Part shown: positions 13,888-26,914 of the stretch, in pieces
Layout: every line of letters begins with the position of its first letter
Numbering within the stretch: the stretch's first letter is position 1
Source: Nemertoderma westbladi
Taxonomy: Eukaryota; Animalia; Xenacoelomorpha
NCBI GenBank assembly: GCA_032718475.1
Contig: JAUCBJ010007574.1
Coordinates: forward strand, 1 to 61,252
Direction: 5' to 3'
Length of the DNA: 61,252 nt
Position numbers and translations under genes: made by a program
Notes under the pieces: generated by a model
Seen by the model: the letters and a program-made list of their open reading frames with translations, nothing else
The model's database searches: none
What the model was told of the DNA's origin: nothing

Positions 13888-14467
13888 CTTTATCGTTAGT
13901 CGGGTTAACAAGTAGAACGAGGTGGTGGAGATTCTTGCGAATGTGTCGTAGCACTCCGGGGAAGGTTGGTCGCAGGAGATCCCGCACCGAGGAAGGCCAA
14001 TCCCGGTACAGGCGATCCGTCTCGAGATCATTGATCCACAGGATCCCCGGCTGTCGGATATCCAGTGCGTATTCGAATCCCTGCGAGACTACCGGGACCC
14101 GTAGCAGAGTCTGCAGCAATGCTGACTGGTCTACCGTGAGTCCCAGCAGGTTGGTTAGTCCGTGGATTAATTTAGTCTCGTCGTTGAGTAGAGACAACAA
14201 TACGAACGGATCCAGTGTGTCTATGTTAATGGCCAACCCGTTAATGAACAGAGCCGAGGATGAGTGAGGTTGGAGGAGGTTCTCGTAACTTTTAAACGTC
14301 TTTTTTATCTTTTCGACGAAGGAGTTTTCAAGGCGAATATCAGCTAGAGAGTGAGAGAGGCGGGGGAAGTTGCCGCTGATATTTTTGAGTGTGGCCAAGG
14401 CTATGGAGGCATCAACGCCAACTACAAACTGAGAAGCTTGATAGCTCAGACTCTGTATTTGCCACAC
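13888..14467 (-). CDS. UGGT: UGGT exon 2
   Basis: Acceptor cacTAG before GTG TGG CAA gives KPLK|VWQIQSLSYQA; WINDLETD..Y..WP, LLRPTFPG motifs; donor GTAATT at 13887. Confidence 0.95.
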
Positions 14468-15646
14468 CTAGTGTTAAATATATAAGAAGAAATACAATGA
14501 TTATATTTGTTTACCCAAACTACTAGTAGTACAAGTCAAGGACACAACACACATAGTTCAAATAGTAGAATTAATATAAATAGTAGAAATTCGCGAAATG
14601 CAAAAGTTAATAGGGCAATCTTTGAATCTCAGAGCCATTGTATATTTTGGGTATATTTGTTTATTATTTTGGTTAGGATTAGTTGGTCAAGCCTTAACCC
14701 TAATTAAAACTGTCATATAACCCTAACCCTAAGTCATAATCTAAGAAATTTAGTGGAATTTATTGCCATAAGGCCTTAGCCAATGAGGAGAGCTTATTAA
14801 AGGAACAGACAATTAGAAGCCCAGAAATACTCCCATAGGCACCCCAATTGGAAATATGCGCACTGGTTTCAGTTTCATTTCCACGCCTAACTCATTGATT
14901 GATGAAGTTTATTTATTGATTAAATTACTTTTGATTTGATTTGATTAAATTCCAGAATTGTAATACTGTACTGTAATTACAATTACTTGTAGGCCTACTG
15001 AAATAAAGCAACAAGTTCCTTTTAAAGTAATTTAATCTCAAGGAGGCCTGGCCTACTCTGCTACCCGTTTCATAAATTTCTGTTTCAGATCGTAAGGTTT
15101 TTTTCCAATTTGTAAATATTTTTAACTTGATAAATTTTTAAGACAAATTACAAATGTATTAACTATTAAGTAATGCATTACACCACGTCAACATATCAGC
15201 GCTCAGTGGTTTATATTCATCACGTTGCGAAATACCGCAATATCCATGTAACCGGACTATTTACGCATAGGCGGATATTCTTAGATTTGCCATTGGCCAT
15301 CATTGCCAGTACAATTGGATTGGCGTATTAAACTAAACTAAAGAAATATCTTACCGGTATCTTATCTTATCTTAATAAATATCTTATTCTATTAACATCC
15401 ATAGATTGTATAAATTATTTATCCTGCTTAAATTACTTAATAATAAATCAATATATATTTAATACTACTTTAACTATAATTACGCGTTCTGCCCATAGTA
15501 GTTTTATTTGTAAATTTACTTTGAATGCGCAATGCGCATACGGACATAAACTCTTTTTATTAATATACGTGGCAAGACCCTCTTCCCAGTTCTTCCCTCC
15601 AGCCCCCTGGAGGCTCAGCATGAAATATCTTATAATAAAGATTTAC

Positions 15647-16570
15647 CTTTAGGGGTTTCATTTCATCCGAAGTATCTTTGAGATGCTGTCGGAAAGTTGT
15701 TAACTCCACTTTCAATTTGGGGTGCAGATCTGTTAGCTTTCCGAATAGGAAGCCCTGGATATCAGCCACATTATCGACATCATCTCCGTTATCACTACCA
15801 GCTGTTTCATCTATCACTTTATATTCCGTTGATTTTAGAGCCAATTCTACGCCGAAACCACTCAACCTTACGGGAACCGCACGCACATCGAGATCACTCA
15901 CGTAATGACGCACCAGGTAAACTATTCGGCCTTCTTCAGCCAAATTAATTAAATACGTGTAAAGTTGGTTGAAAGCTTTGGTCGCCAATTCGCCATAGTG
16001 TATGACCAGAGGTAAAGAATTGCGTGAAAAGTTATTATTAATCGGATAAGTATGATCAAAAGAAAACACCGTGGATTTAAGTTGAGTAAAGGTTGACTTA
16101 GAAGGTTCTTTTAGTTTCCGCAGTTCTAATTCAACTTCGTTCACAGAACACAGAGTTTCATTATTTATAATAACGAAGGAATTGCACGGGGGAATAGTGG
16201 GAATATTCTCGACCAACTGATAATGAAGTTGAACAGCAGGAGAATAAGCCCTTAACGATAAGGCGAATCGGAGTAAAGGTATTTGCAAGTCTTTGAGGGC
16301 CCCGGATATTAATGATAATTCAAGTACTTTGTTATAATAATCTAGGTCGGTATAGTCCGCATCAAACTCAAAAGAAGAAACGCTCCGCAAAAAACTCCAA
16401 AAGCCATTTTCGTCATTTACTCTGGCAATAAACTCGCTGGTTTCAAGAAGTAATGGAGTATTACCCCAGTTGGATTCGAGAATTGTATTTACAGGTTTCG
16501 CTTGAGAACCGTAAACATGTTCTTGTGACACTATAGACATAAGGATGAAACTCCGCAAAAATAAGTACAT
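15647..16570 (-). CDS. UGGT: UGGT exon 1 (signal peptide and TRXL1); alternative upstream ATG at 16615
   Basis: MYLFLRSFILMSIV signal-like start; TPLLLETSEF, LSLRAYSPAV, VRLSGFGVELALKSTEYK motifs; donor GTAAAT at 15646. The four exons sum to 4632 nt = 1543 aa plus stop. Confidence 0.93.
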
Positions 16571-16899
16571 TGCTCGAGATGTTGAGGTGCTGAAGGTGAA
16601 CGGCGATAATGCCATGATGAACCAAACCAACAACTGAACAAACCCTAATCTTCAGTTGATAAACCGGCCACTCTTCCCGTACCGCCGTACGACCAGCCTT
16701 ATACTGTTATATCGGTAGACGGTAGCAGAGAGGCCGAGCCGAGGCCTATCTCTGTATCTAGAACAGTAATAGCAGAATAGAAATTAATAGGCCTAATACT
16801 GTAATAGATCACTACCACCAGGTGTAGGCCTAAATAGGCCTACACTACAGAAATATTTTTATAACTATTTACATAGGCCTATTTAGCTGCCTAGGGTAC

Positions 16900-17260
16900 T
16901 TGTGTGTAAAGTAGCACTTTACAGGGTGATGATCAGATCTGAGTGATTTGTTACACGAACGAACGTTAGTGAGTGAGTGAGTGAAAATAAAGCCACGAGG
17001 ATTAGAACACTGTAAAGTACTTTGTAACAAGTATGTATGTAGTTTTATTCCAAAATTGTAACATTCTGACATTACGAAATGATTGTATATATATTATAAT
17101 ACAGTAATAAGTGATAGAAACTGCACAAATTAAATTAGTTGCTGTATAAATAAATGTAAAAATAACATAAATGTAACGCTGTAAGCATATCTGGCTGTCA
17201 GGCAATTAATCATCAATGCCACCTATTGTTTACGTGGTAAGTGGTAACCAATGACGCCGT
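16900..17260. repeat. Dispersed repeat, inverted copy at about 39270-39705
   Basis: e.g. GTTACACGAACGAACGTTAGTGAGTGAGTG...AAAATAAAGCCACGAGGA here vs TCCTCGTGGCTTTATTTTCACTCACTCACTAACGTTCGTTCGTGTAAC at about 39606. Confidence 0.85.
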
Positions 17261-20200
17261 AACTTTACAGCTCGCCGTCATTCAGTCATTGGCAATTGGT
17301 TACCACACACTGACACAGCCACATACTGACTGACTGACATAACAGCATACTAACGGCTGAACGGCGTTGAGTACAGGAGTAGTTACAATTTTGGAATAAT
17401 AATTATTTCGGTATTTATTGACAAAATGACCAAAAAAACAAAATAACTGCTGACAAAATGACCAAAAAAACAAAATAACTGCTGAACTGTAAAATAATAA
17501 CACCATAGATCTCAATTGTCCAACAACACTCAGTCAGACACGATATCGAAAGCATGTAACTGTGTAACATAGGCATAAATTAATAAATTACCGGACCGGG
17601 GAATATCAAACATCAAACACAAACTGACAAACAACAATAACCTACAGGTTGGCAGTTGGGCGTGGGCGCGGCAGTTAGACTCATCTGCTAATGGCTGAAT
17701 CTGTGAATGGCAAATGGAAGGAAGACAATTGAGATAGTATTCTGTGATCTGTATCGTATGCCATGTACTGATGTAGTATAAACGTAAATTGCACTTTATT
17801 GCTTGTTTTGTTCAGTTGTTAGGCCTCCGTACCGTACAGCCGTACTGTAGTACTGCTGGTTCTTTTTCAGATGTGCAATTGTGCAACAGTATTCAGGTAT
17901 TACTGCTGTACTGTATTACTGTAATACCAGACCAGTCAGCCAATTCTCTTACAGTCTGGCAGTACAGCAGACCCGCAGTATAAAGGTATAAAGCAATATG
18001 AAGTGAAATAAGTAGGCCTAATACAATCTGACAATAGGTACTGCATACTGCCGTACTGGGAGACTATTATTGCGAGCGAAGAAGGTGTCTCCTTGAAATA
18101 CACACCACCCAACCGCACAACCGCTCAATAACAAATCAATGGGAAGCATCAGCACTGCGACGTTACGACTTGTGATTGGTTGACTAATTTGTACTGTATT
18201 GTACTAACACTCTCCATAACATATATAATTAAATTGTATATTGATACTTGATAGACACTTAAATGTAAATAAACAGTAAAAGTAGCAGATATTAGTTGTG
18301 TTTGTGTATATGAGGGAGAAGACCGCCAATGGCATGCAGAAGCAATTGGACCTACTAATTTTGGTCCCAAAGTGAAACTAAAATATTATCATATTTAAAA
18401 TAATCTCCAAAAATAAAAATGGCGGAAAGCACTGTTTTTAAAACAATAGAAGGTTTGACTTTTCTATAGGTAGTGTGTATTTGGCAAGACATAATTAATA
18501 ATATTTATATTATAAAATGACTAAAATCAACACTCTTAAATGCGTAAATTGATAGGCCTACTGTAGTTCGCTTGGCCTGCCTGCCTGCAGTGGTCGTAGG
18601 TGGGTGTATGAAAGGAAAGTCACCTTTTAAATAAACTAAAGTAAAGCTGCGCCCGACATGGACGACTTTGAACGAAAGACTTTTCAAAGTCAAAGTACTG
18701 TAAAATCACATCGAAATCTTTACGTCTATACGAAATCTTAAACCATTCATTTGTGAACTCAAGTTATTGTGAGTTGAGGTTGATGTGTGTTTTAGAAATA
18801 ACAGGATTAGCGATTAGCCTTTTAGGCGTACCTTGTAGATCAGTTTATTGTTTAATTTTTGAAAATACAAGGTTGTTTCTAGGCCAGAATTTCATGGCGA
18901 ATTTTTTTTAAACAAATCATCCTTATATCCATTCGACCCCATGAGAAGGGTGCTATGCAATTTAAGATTCATGTAATATTGTTGGACATACCACACCAAC
19001 CAGGGATGGCATGGCCACCCCACTGTAAAAGCTTTTGCGGACATAACAAGTCATTTTTACGCAATGCGCAGAATACTCTAAAATAGCCCTAAATTTATCC
19101 AACTACGCGACGGGAAGGAATTAGAACCAAGATGACGACATCTGTCAGCTGATTCTTTGTGGACGTGGAGGTTCTTTGTTCTGTCTTATTCAGCCAATCA
19201 GAGCAATTTTCACTTTATGTCTAACAGAAACCTATGGAAACTCGCGCAATGCTTTACGGTCTTTGTTTACTATTTTCTGAGCATCAGAACCAACTCAGAA
19301 TTTTCTGTGCTTCTGTGCGGAAGTTTCAGACTTTGGCCTAGGAACATCAGATGGCCTTGATTATAAGAACGTAAATCTATTAACTCTATTTACTATTAAA
19401 CACCATTGAACATTTACTTTACTATTTTCTGATAACACATACTGACTGCTCACCGCATTATTTTACTTCTGTTTATAGTATTAATCGTTGTTATATTAAT
19501 GGATACTGATGTTATATTTGGAGAATACCGATAAATAATCATAAACCCCTCAATCTTATTGATTACTGAGGTAAGAGGAATAGAGTTTACCGGTAACAAC
19601 TGCGACTTAAATTATAGTGGTTTTGTGTGAATTAAATGATATTTCATAATCCCTACGTGTGTCAGTTGCGATCCTCCTTATATATGATCAAATTCAGTGA
19701 CGGTCGGCAGATTAGTGCGAACTAGTGTGAAGTAGTGTGAAGTCGTGTGAAGTAGTGTGAAGGTTAATAAAGCATCTCATAAAGAATGCGATATTTACGA
19801 AACTCAGTAGCCATCTAGTTGTGATTAGTATAAGTCATAACTCTGTTTTTATACTTAAAGCGCCACGTCCTAAAGGAACTGTTAATATTTCCCCGAAAGT
19901 AAATATATTTGTCAGAGATTATATAGTAGCGATCAATCGAATAATACAGTAGGTCTACACCGCAATCACTCTCAAGGAATCCGAATCCAGTCTCCCACAC
20001 CGTGGGTCATACGCCGCGCACGGACTGGCTTCGGCTGATGTAACTTCAGTACACTAGGTAATTGGCAAAGGCTAAAGTCGATTTATAAACAAGAGGACAA
20101 CTAAAATTGGCAGGTTAAACTGCTAAAGGTCTAAAAGCGCGAACACCCACCTTCATTATAAAACAAACGCGAAATCGAGCAAAGGTCCGGGTCTTCTAAC

Positions 20201-20265
20201 GTATGAACTGTCTCCTTTAATGGCTCACTAGGGGGTACCAATTTTACTATCCAAAAAATTCACCG

Positions 20266-20333
20266 GGAAGGGGGATTGAACTCGGTACCTAGCGATTCCA
20301 AATCCCGTGCTCTACCAACTTCGTCATTGCGCC
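20266..20333 (-). mobile_element. tRNA-derived SINE head
   Basis: Reverse complement contains an A-box-like GTTGGTAGAGC and a B-box GAGTTCAATCCCC but no intact cloverleaf; a similar head at 22680-22699/24103-24175 is split by a TIR element. Confidence 0.55.
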
Positions 20334-21319
20334 GTATAAAGCCTTATAAAACCAAAACCCAACTGGAAATTAACAACACCACCAACAAAAATAACAACAA
20401 CAACAACAACAACGGAGTGTATATGGTCTCGCTGCGGTAAGCAATATAAAAATAAAAGAGCATTGAATACCCATAATAATAAATACCATTCAGGTAATGT
20501 AAAGGACAAGGTGCATATACCCATACGTATAATGGAGGAGAAAATGTAGAGGTCAACTTAAATAATATGACAGAGTTTGAAAATTAGAAACCGACGTTTG
20601 AAATTAACACAAAGTCATAGCAATAAATATTATTTTAATCCTATTTTAATTTTTTTAATATGTAATATTCTTAATTCAAAACTTAAATACTAGCGGTGAA
20701 TGTGTTAACGCCATCTAGCGGCCGAAGCTGATGTTTTGGGTTTCTGACCTTACCTAATAATTAATAGAGCAGGTTATTCAAAATCAATGAAGTGTTTCAA
20801 AAGTTATTAAGCCTAGACTAAGTGATATTTAGCCTCCTAGATGCGGACCCTTTAAATGGACGACGCCAAAATTCTGAAAACTTTCTAAACTTTGATATAC
20901 TTACTACGTGTGTACCACGTTTGGTTTTAATTTCATCACAAAGATTCGCTGAATTACTGTTAGCATTCAAAGATTAGACGGACCGACTAACCAACCGCCT
21001 GGCAGACCGACAGATAGACGCGACGCGAGGTGGAGTTTGGTACCCGTATTTTAAGCTCGCTCATTTTCGTGGCGCGCCCCACAGTTTTAGTCAATGTTAC
21101 CGGGTAGTGCCTCTGGTTGTTTTAATGGCTTCCGAAATAGTGACTCTAGTATTTTTAAGGCCCTTAAAAATAGTCCTTAAAATTACTAGAATCACTATTT
21201 CCTGTCGCCATATCAGCAATATGGCCTTTTGAAATCAGCTGATGGCGTTGCTAGGTACCCAGTTTGAAACCAATCAGGAAATAGTGATTCTAGTAAACGG
21301 CTCAGTCCGGGACCTGACA

Positions 21320-22419
21320 ATACGGGGAGACAAAGATACGACGTTACTAAGTCTCAACTTGAATACCTCAAAGAGGCGGGATTTAACTGGACTCAGATTG
21401 CTGTGATATTTGGAGTGAGTCGATCAACTATTATGGACCGAGTTCGTCAATTTGGTTTGGGAGTTCGAAACGGTTTGGGAATTCGAGTTTGGGAGTTTTT
21501 CATTGTGAAATAACTAAAACTGAAGTGAAATAGCAAAATAGGTAATATAGACCGTGTTATGATATTATATATATTCTAGAATATTAAATGTTGATGGAAT
21601 TTTAAAATTTAAATGTTGATGGAAACCGCAAGTTCATGATTGTTTACAATTGGATTTTTTCGCTAATTCGACTGTACTAGGTGGGATTGATGGATTTTCC
21701 TGTCTGATTACATACCTTTATGCATCGGGTAACAACTGTGCTGCAACTGTTTTGCCATTGTTCGAGGAAGCTGTTGGGAAATACAGCCTCCCTTCAAGGG
21801 TGAGAGGAGATAAGGGAGGGGAAAATAGACTGGTCGCCGAATATATGATAAGTCATCGAGGCACAAATCGAGGAACTTTATTGCAGGTAAAAGTACTCAC
21901 AATCAAAGGATAGAACGCTTATGGAGAGATGTATTCCGTACTGTTGTTATTGTTTATTATGAGCTGTTTTTTTGGCTAGAATACAACTCCCATTTAGAAA
22001 CCTCCTCTGTCGATGATATATATTGTTTGCACATTACTTACAAGAAACAAATAAACGAGGCTCTAGAAAAATTTGTAATTGGTTGGAATGCGCATGGGTT
22101 ACGCACGGAACGCTACTGGACCCCCCATAAGATTTTCATCAATAGCCGATTAACATCGACTTGTGACATCGACAACGTACCAGATGAGATGAACAATATT
22201 AACCTAGATAATTACGGAGTAGATTGGTCAGGTCCGATTGTTGAGGATCAAGAGACAGTTGTTGATGTTACCAATATTGAACGTCCTATATCCGAAGAAT
22301 CTGAAAGACAGTTACTCAGTGAAATTAATCACCGATTTGGGTCTGATAATTCCGATAATAAATACGGTGTTGACTGCTATTTATATTGCAAGCAATTTGT
22401 ATTTAATTATCAAGAATAA
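21320..22419 (+). pseudogene. Decayed eukaryotic integrase-core DDE transposase (IS3EU-like; family assignment tentative)
   Basis: N-terminal HTH GRQRYDVTKSQLEYLKEAGFNWTQIAVIFGVSRSTI; core [28 protein letters not shown], frameshift near 21877, then [19 protein letters not shown]...WNAHGLRTE. Confidence 0.85.
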
Positions 22420-22699
22420 CGATACTAGTTATTTTTTGAATCGATTTTTAGTTTATAATAATTTTATATTATTTCCAGCAACCAATTTCGCAACCAATTT
22501 TCTGCTATTACCTCATGGGACGGACGGGTATAAATGTAGGTAAAAGGGACGCGGCAAACTTCTCCCTCAATAATGTTTCGACCAAGTCAAACCTTCGCCC
22601 GTGAAATAATTATAATTTATATATAATGTAATAGAACAATATGATAATGCCCTCCGTAGCGAAAAATGTCAACCGACCCTATTGGGGCTTGAACCCGGT

Positions 22700-24102
22700 G
22701 GTAGCGTATTCCCAATCCTTACACGACTAGGAACATATCTTGCATTAACACCTGGGATTGGTTAATAAGCTATTATTTGATTGGACGTTGAAATCATGCA
22801 AGGAATGGGGAGAGGGGTCGAACTAGTGTAAGGCTTTTATACTTAGTTGGCAGGTAGAAAGTGTTTCAAACGCTGTAAGGAATGGAGAAATTGGGTGAAA
22901 TCATGTAAGGGTTATCTACCTATTAAACTGTTCATTGTCAGGTGACAGTAAAAAATATATACGAATAGCAGTTGTTACTGTATATTTAGAGTGGAAATAA
23001 TGTTGTATAAGGAATCGTTTTACACACCATTTTCTCCTTGATTTTTCCGATCGAATAGATTATAATAATAAAGTAGTTTTATTTGTAGTATTAAATATTG
23101 AAATTCATTCATTTTAAATTGATATTTAAAAGCATTTCACAATTTGTAAACATAAAAGAGCTCCAATGAAATAAACTCTTAATTTTTGTAATGTCCTTTA
23201 GCATTTGTTCGATTTGCATTTACGTTTCTAGAGTGTTTTTTTTTAGCGCGTCAAGTTTTATCAGCACTGCATGAGGTTGGCCAGCGACGCTGCACGCATC
23301 CGTTTGCTTCTTAATGTAAGAGCTACTCGTCCTCGCGCTAGTGCAGTTTGATGCACACGAATAGCAGACCGACTATTCCTAAGCAACTACTACTGTACAG
23401 TTCTATAATCGGCCTGCTGCATTGAAACTGCACATTGTGATGCTATGCCAGCTTAACAAAAACATTTTGTCACCTCCATGCAATCCACAATTGGCAAGCA
23501 ATCCGCAATGCTTAGCATCCTTAAGGATGCTATGCCGGCTTATCAACAATCAATCAACAATCAACAAAGTTGTATCCCCCATGACTTTCACGAGATTATC
23601 CGCATCTTCAAGCCCAGTGTCCTGTAGGAGAAGTGTCACGAAAGTCATGGGCTTTCCATCATGCTTATTTTCTCCATGGTGCTGCCAAAGCACAAGATTA
23701 TGCACTGGCTGGTCCTCACGGCTAAAACAATGTCCAGCAAAGGAATGTATCCTTAGACACTATAGTAGCCAATCGTTTTAGCTTACTGATGCAGCCCTGT
23801 AAAGCCTAAACCATAACCCAATGTTCTACTGCCTAAAATAATATCACATGTTAGTCTTAGTCTGCTCTTCTAATACTGATGGTATAATAACCCTTACATG
23901 AATTCACCCAATTTTTCCATTCCGTACAGCGTTTGGAACACTTTCTATCTGCAAACTGAGTACAATATATTTACACTAGTTCGACCCCTTTCCCCATTCC
24001 TTACATGATTTCAACGTCCAATCAAATAATAGTTCATTAACCAATCCTAGGCTACAATTCAATATGTGTTCCTACTAGTGTAAGGATTGGGAATACGCAA
24101 CC
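22700..24102. mobile_element. Non-autonomous DNA transposon with about 210-bp TIRs, inserted in a tRNA-SINE
   Basis: GGTAGCGTATTCCCAATCCTTACAC... vs ...GTGTAAGGATTGGGAATACGCAACC; the flanks rejoin to GGGGCTTGAACCCGGTACCTAGG (a SINE B-box region). Confidence 0.85.
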
Positions 24103-25122
24103 GGGTACCTAGGTTTCAAACTTCTGGTTATCATCAGCCGGGTGTGTGTGTCCTAAGGCAACTGAGCTACCAGGATGGATGAATAATTTTATTCGCTATT
24201 GAGTGGGATAACATAATTTGGCCTTTAACTAATATATATATATTTAACTAATACTTTTAATTGATTATTGATGATTATCAATGAAAATTGATTATGGAAG
24301 TTTAACCTGTGCTATTGACTCCCGTTTATTGTTTTGGTTAGAAATGCATGCCACTATAACCTGTTTCTCTCCAATAATTGGTAATTATTGGGCGAAGATT
24401 GGAAAAGCATAAAGTACAATAGGAACACACGGGCCTAAAACGTAAGGAGCCTTCATCTTGATAGTAAATTAAAAAAGTAAATTTAATAAATTAATATGTC
24501 AATTTCAATTAACTTAAATTATTAAGAAGGGGGGATGATTGGTTGTGGATATCCATTCAATCCCAATGTTGCAACAATGAAAATGGTGAAGTTGGTGTGA
24601 TATTATTTATACAGGTGACATATTTTATTACTGCCCACAGCGCAATATACACATTGTACAAGGATGCATGTATAAGGATGCTAAGTTTACTATAACACCT
24701 CAAATTTCACAGAACAAAACTCAACAACATAAAATGTTATCTACTAATAACTAAAGTACACTAATAATATAGGCCTACTTGGTAATCGATTAAACAATTC
24801 AAAAGTTTGAATTCTAAAATTAAAAGAATTAAATTCTAGAATTAAAAATGATATGGAAAATTGCAATAACGAGATGGTAATTAATTATTAATTGTCTGAT
24901 TTTTTAACAAAGCCAAAGCGAAATAGGATTCCACTAAAAGCCGCTTCACTTCTTGTTCTGAATCGATATTAATAGGGATGGTGAGTTGCATTGCACACCA
25001 TAGTCGGCGGGGATGAGCCACATAGCCAGTTAAGAATATTAGATTTGGTCAATGTGTGTTGTTGCCAAACTAATGACCCACAGTCATCTAAACCGCCAGC
25101 CCTCCCAGCCAAAAAAATCGAG

Positions 25123-25298
25123 AAAAAAAAGGAAAAAAGGATTTTATATGTTCAAAAAAAAAGGAAAAAAAGGATCGGATGCAGTTAAAAAAAAGGAAAA
25201 AAAGATAGGATGCAGTTCAAAAAAAAGGAAAAAAGATAGGATGCAGTTCAGAAAAAAAGGAAAAAAAGGATCGGATACAGTTAAAAAAAAGGGAAAAA
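25123..25298. repeat. A-rich tandem repeat of about 30 bp
   Basis: AAAAAAAGGAAAAAAAGGATCGGATGCAGTT-like unit, about 5-6 copies. Confidence 0.8.
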
Positions 25299-26411
25299 CT
25301 GAATATATATTATCTTTACAAAAGTAATAGTAAACATTATGTCTTTAGTGCTGTTTCTTGATTCTATTTCGCTAACCTTACTTTTTATACTATGAAGAAT
25401 CCCATTAAGAAACGTCACTGTAGTAGTATACAATACTATGACACGGGCACATGGTCACCCGTAGCCCATCATTACCATCCATTTCTGGTACTGCAGCCAA
25501 TCAGAAGCCACCATTTCAACCTTTTGCGGTGGTCGTTATTATTTCAACCAATCAGATGTCAGCATTTCATCCGTAACCATGGTAACTTCTCAAGTTCCCG
25601 CTTATTCCGCTAGAGGCGTTATTAGTCACCCAACTCTAGTACTGCATCCAATCATAAGCCTTTATTTTACAGGTGTTCGAGTGTCTACACTTAGCATCAG
25701 GTAACTTCTACTATTTTTCAAATCGCAATTTTTCAGCAACCAGTATTTTCATATTTACCAACCTTTATTTTACAGACGCTAGAGGTGTCTACAGGTAACT
25801 TCTACTATTTTTCAAATCGCTATTTTTCAGCAACCAGTTGCTGTCGGTCCACAAGTAGCCTGCCGAGGATTTGTGTTAGACCCCGGAATCAGTGTAACAA
25901 AATGAGAGGGTTCGGTTTGACTTGCAGTATAATGGCATTTACTAGGCAATAACTAATATATCTCACCAATAATAGCTATTGCACGTACGGTGCGAAGTAG
26001 CGTAATACCAATAACACATTGTAAATACTACTGAATAAGCAAGGTGAGTAATAGGATAGAGTAGAGAGAGAGGTGACATTTAATGTAGGAATGCACCTAA
26101 GGAATGAAGTACTTTAACCCAAAACACAATATTATATACACCGCAATATTGACAATAATCACTACCAACATCTGATTAATCTCTAATAATCCAGATAACA
26201 TCTTCACCTGTTATGCACACATTGTTCGCTACCCTTCCTAAGCCGTGAGTGACCCCTGGTATTTCCCTCTATGTAATAACAGTTCCCTTTATACCGTAAC
26301 AAATATCTAGAAGCATTGTTCCTACTGTATTATATTCCTACAGTACTTTATTGCATCATTGTTCGGTCTGCCAATACATAATGTTTAACACTCGATTTGG
26401 GCCTCGGTATG

Positions 26412-26828
26412 TGTACAAAATATTATTTCATTGTGTATTTTGTTATATAAGAAAGCGTTTGTTTTTGAATCTCGCTCTTCTTTTAAGTTATTTTTAGTAT
26501 GACGTAAGTAATTATCCGATTACAGTCATTCTGATATGAAGTGGGTACCGGTTTATGTTATTATTATTATTTTAACTTGCTTATGACTACGTTGATTTCT
26601 GCTGTGTATGTCTGCCATGGTGTCAGTAAATAGGCCTAAACATGTATGTATGCTATACCTGTATACCCTTAATTCAGTAATTGAATAAATGAATCAGGAA
26701 GTATCTTTACTTAAACCCTTATTATAAATCGCTCTCCCAAATGCTATCAAACACATACGCGGTAACAACAAACCATCGCGTTTATTTTAAGTCTGGAAAT
26801 CGCAACTACCCTATGTTATTTCGGGACA
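26412..26828 (+). repeat. 5' LTR (417 bp)
   Basis: TGTACAAAATATT...TTTCGGGACA; differs from the 3' LTR by one substitution and two 8-bp insertions (by-eye alignment). Confidence 0.97.
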
Positions 26829-26914
26829 AAATTGGTGCGGTGACCCGGGATCACTGGACAGCCGGAACTTTCTGACACACATTAGGCCTAACTGTATTCT
26901 ACTATTAACCAGCT

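Noticed and set aside
8028-15948. Short ORFs overlapping UGGT exons on either strand
   Set aside because: Shadow ORFs of GC-rich coding sequence with no recognisable motifs.
24535-24765. Possible signal-peptide first exon of the FReD gene (VGVILFIQVTYFITAHSA)
   Set aside because: No ATG clearly in frame with the hydrophobic stretch and no clear phase-0 donor; unsupported.
25052-25327. Lys-rich ORF
   Set aside because: Translation of an A-rich tandem repeat.
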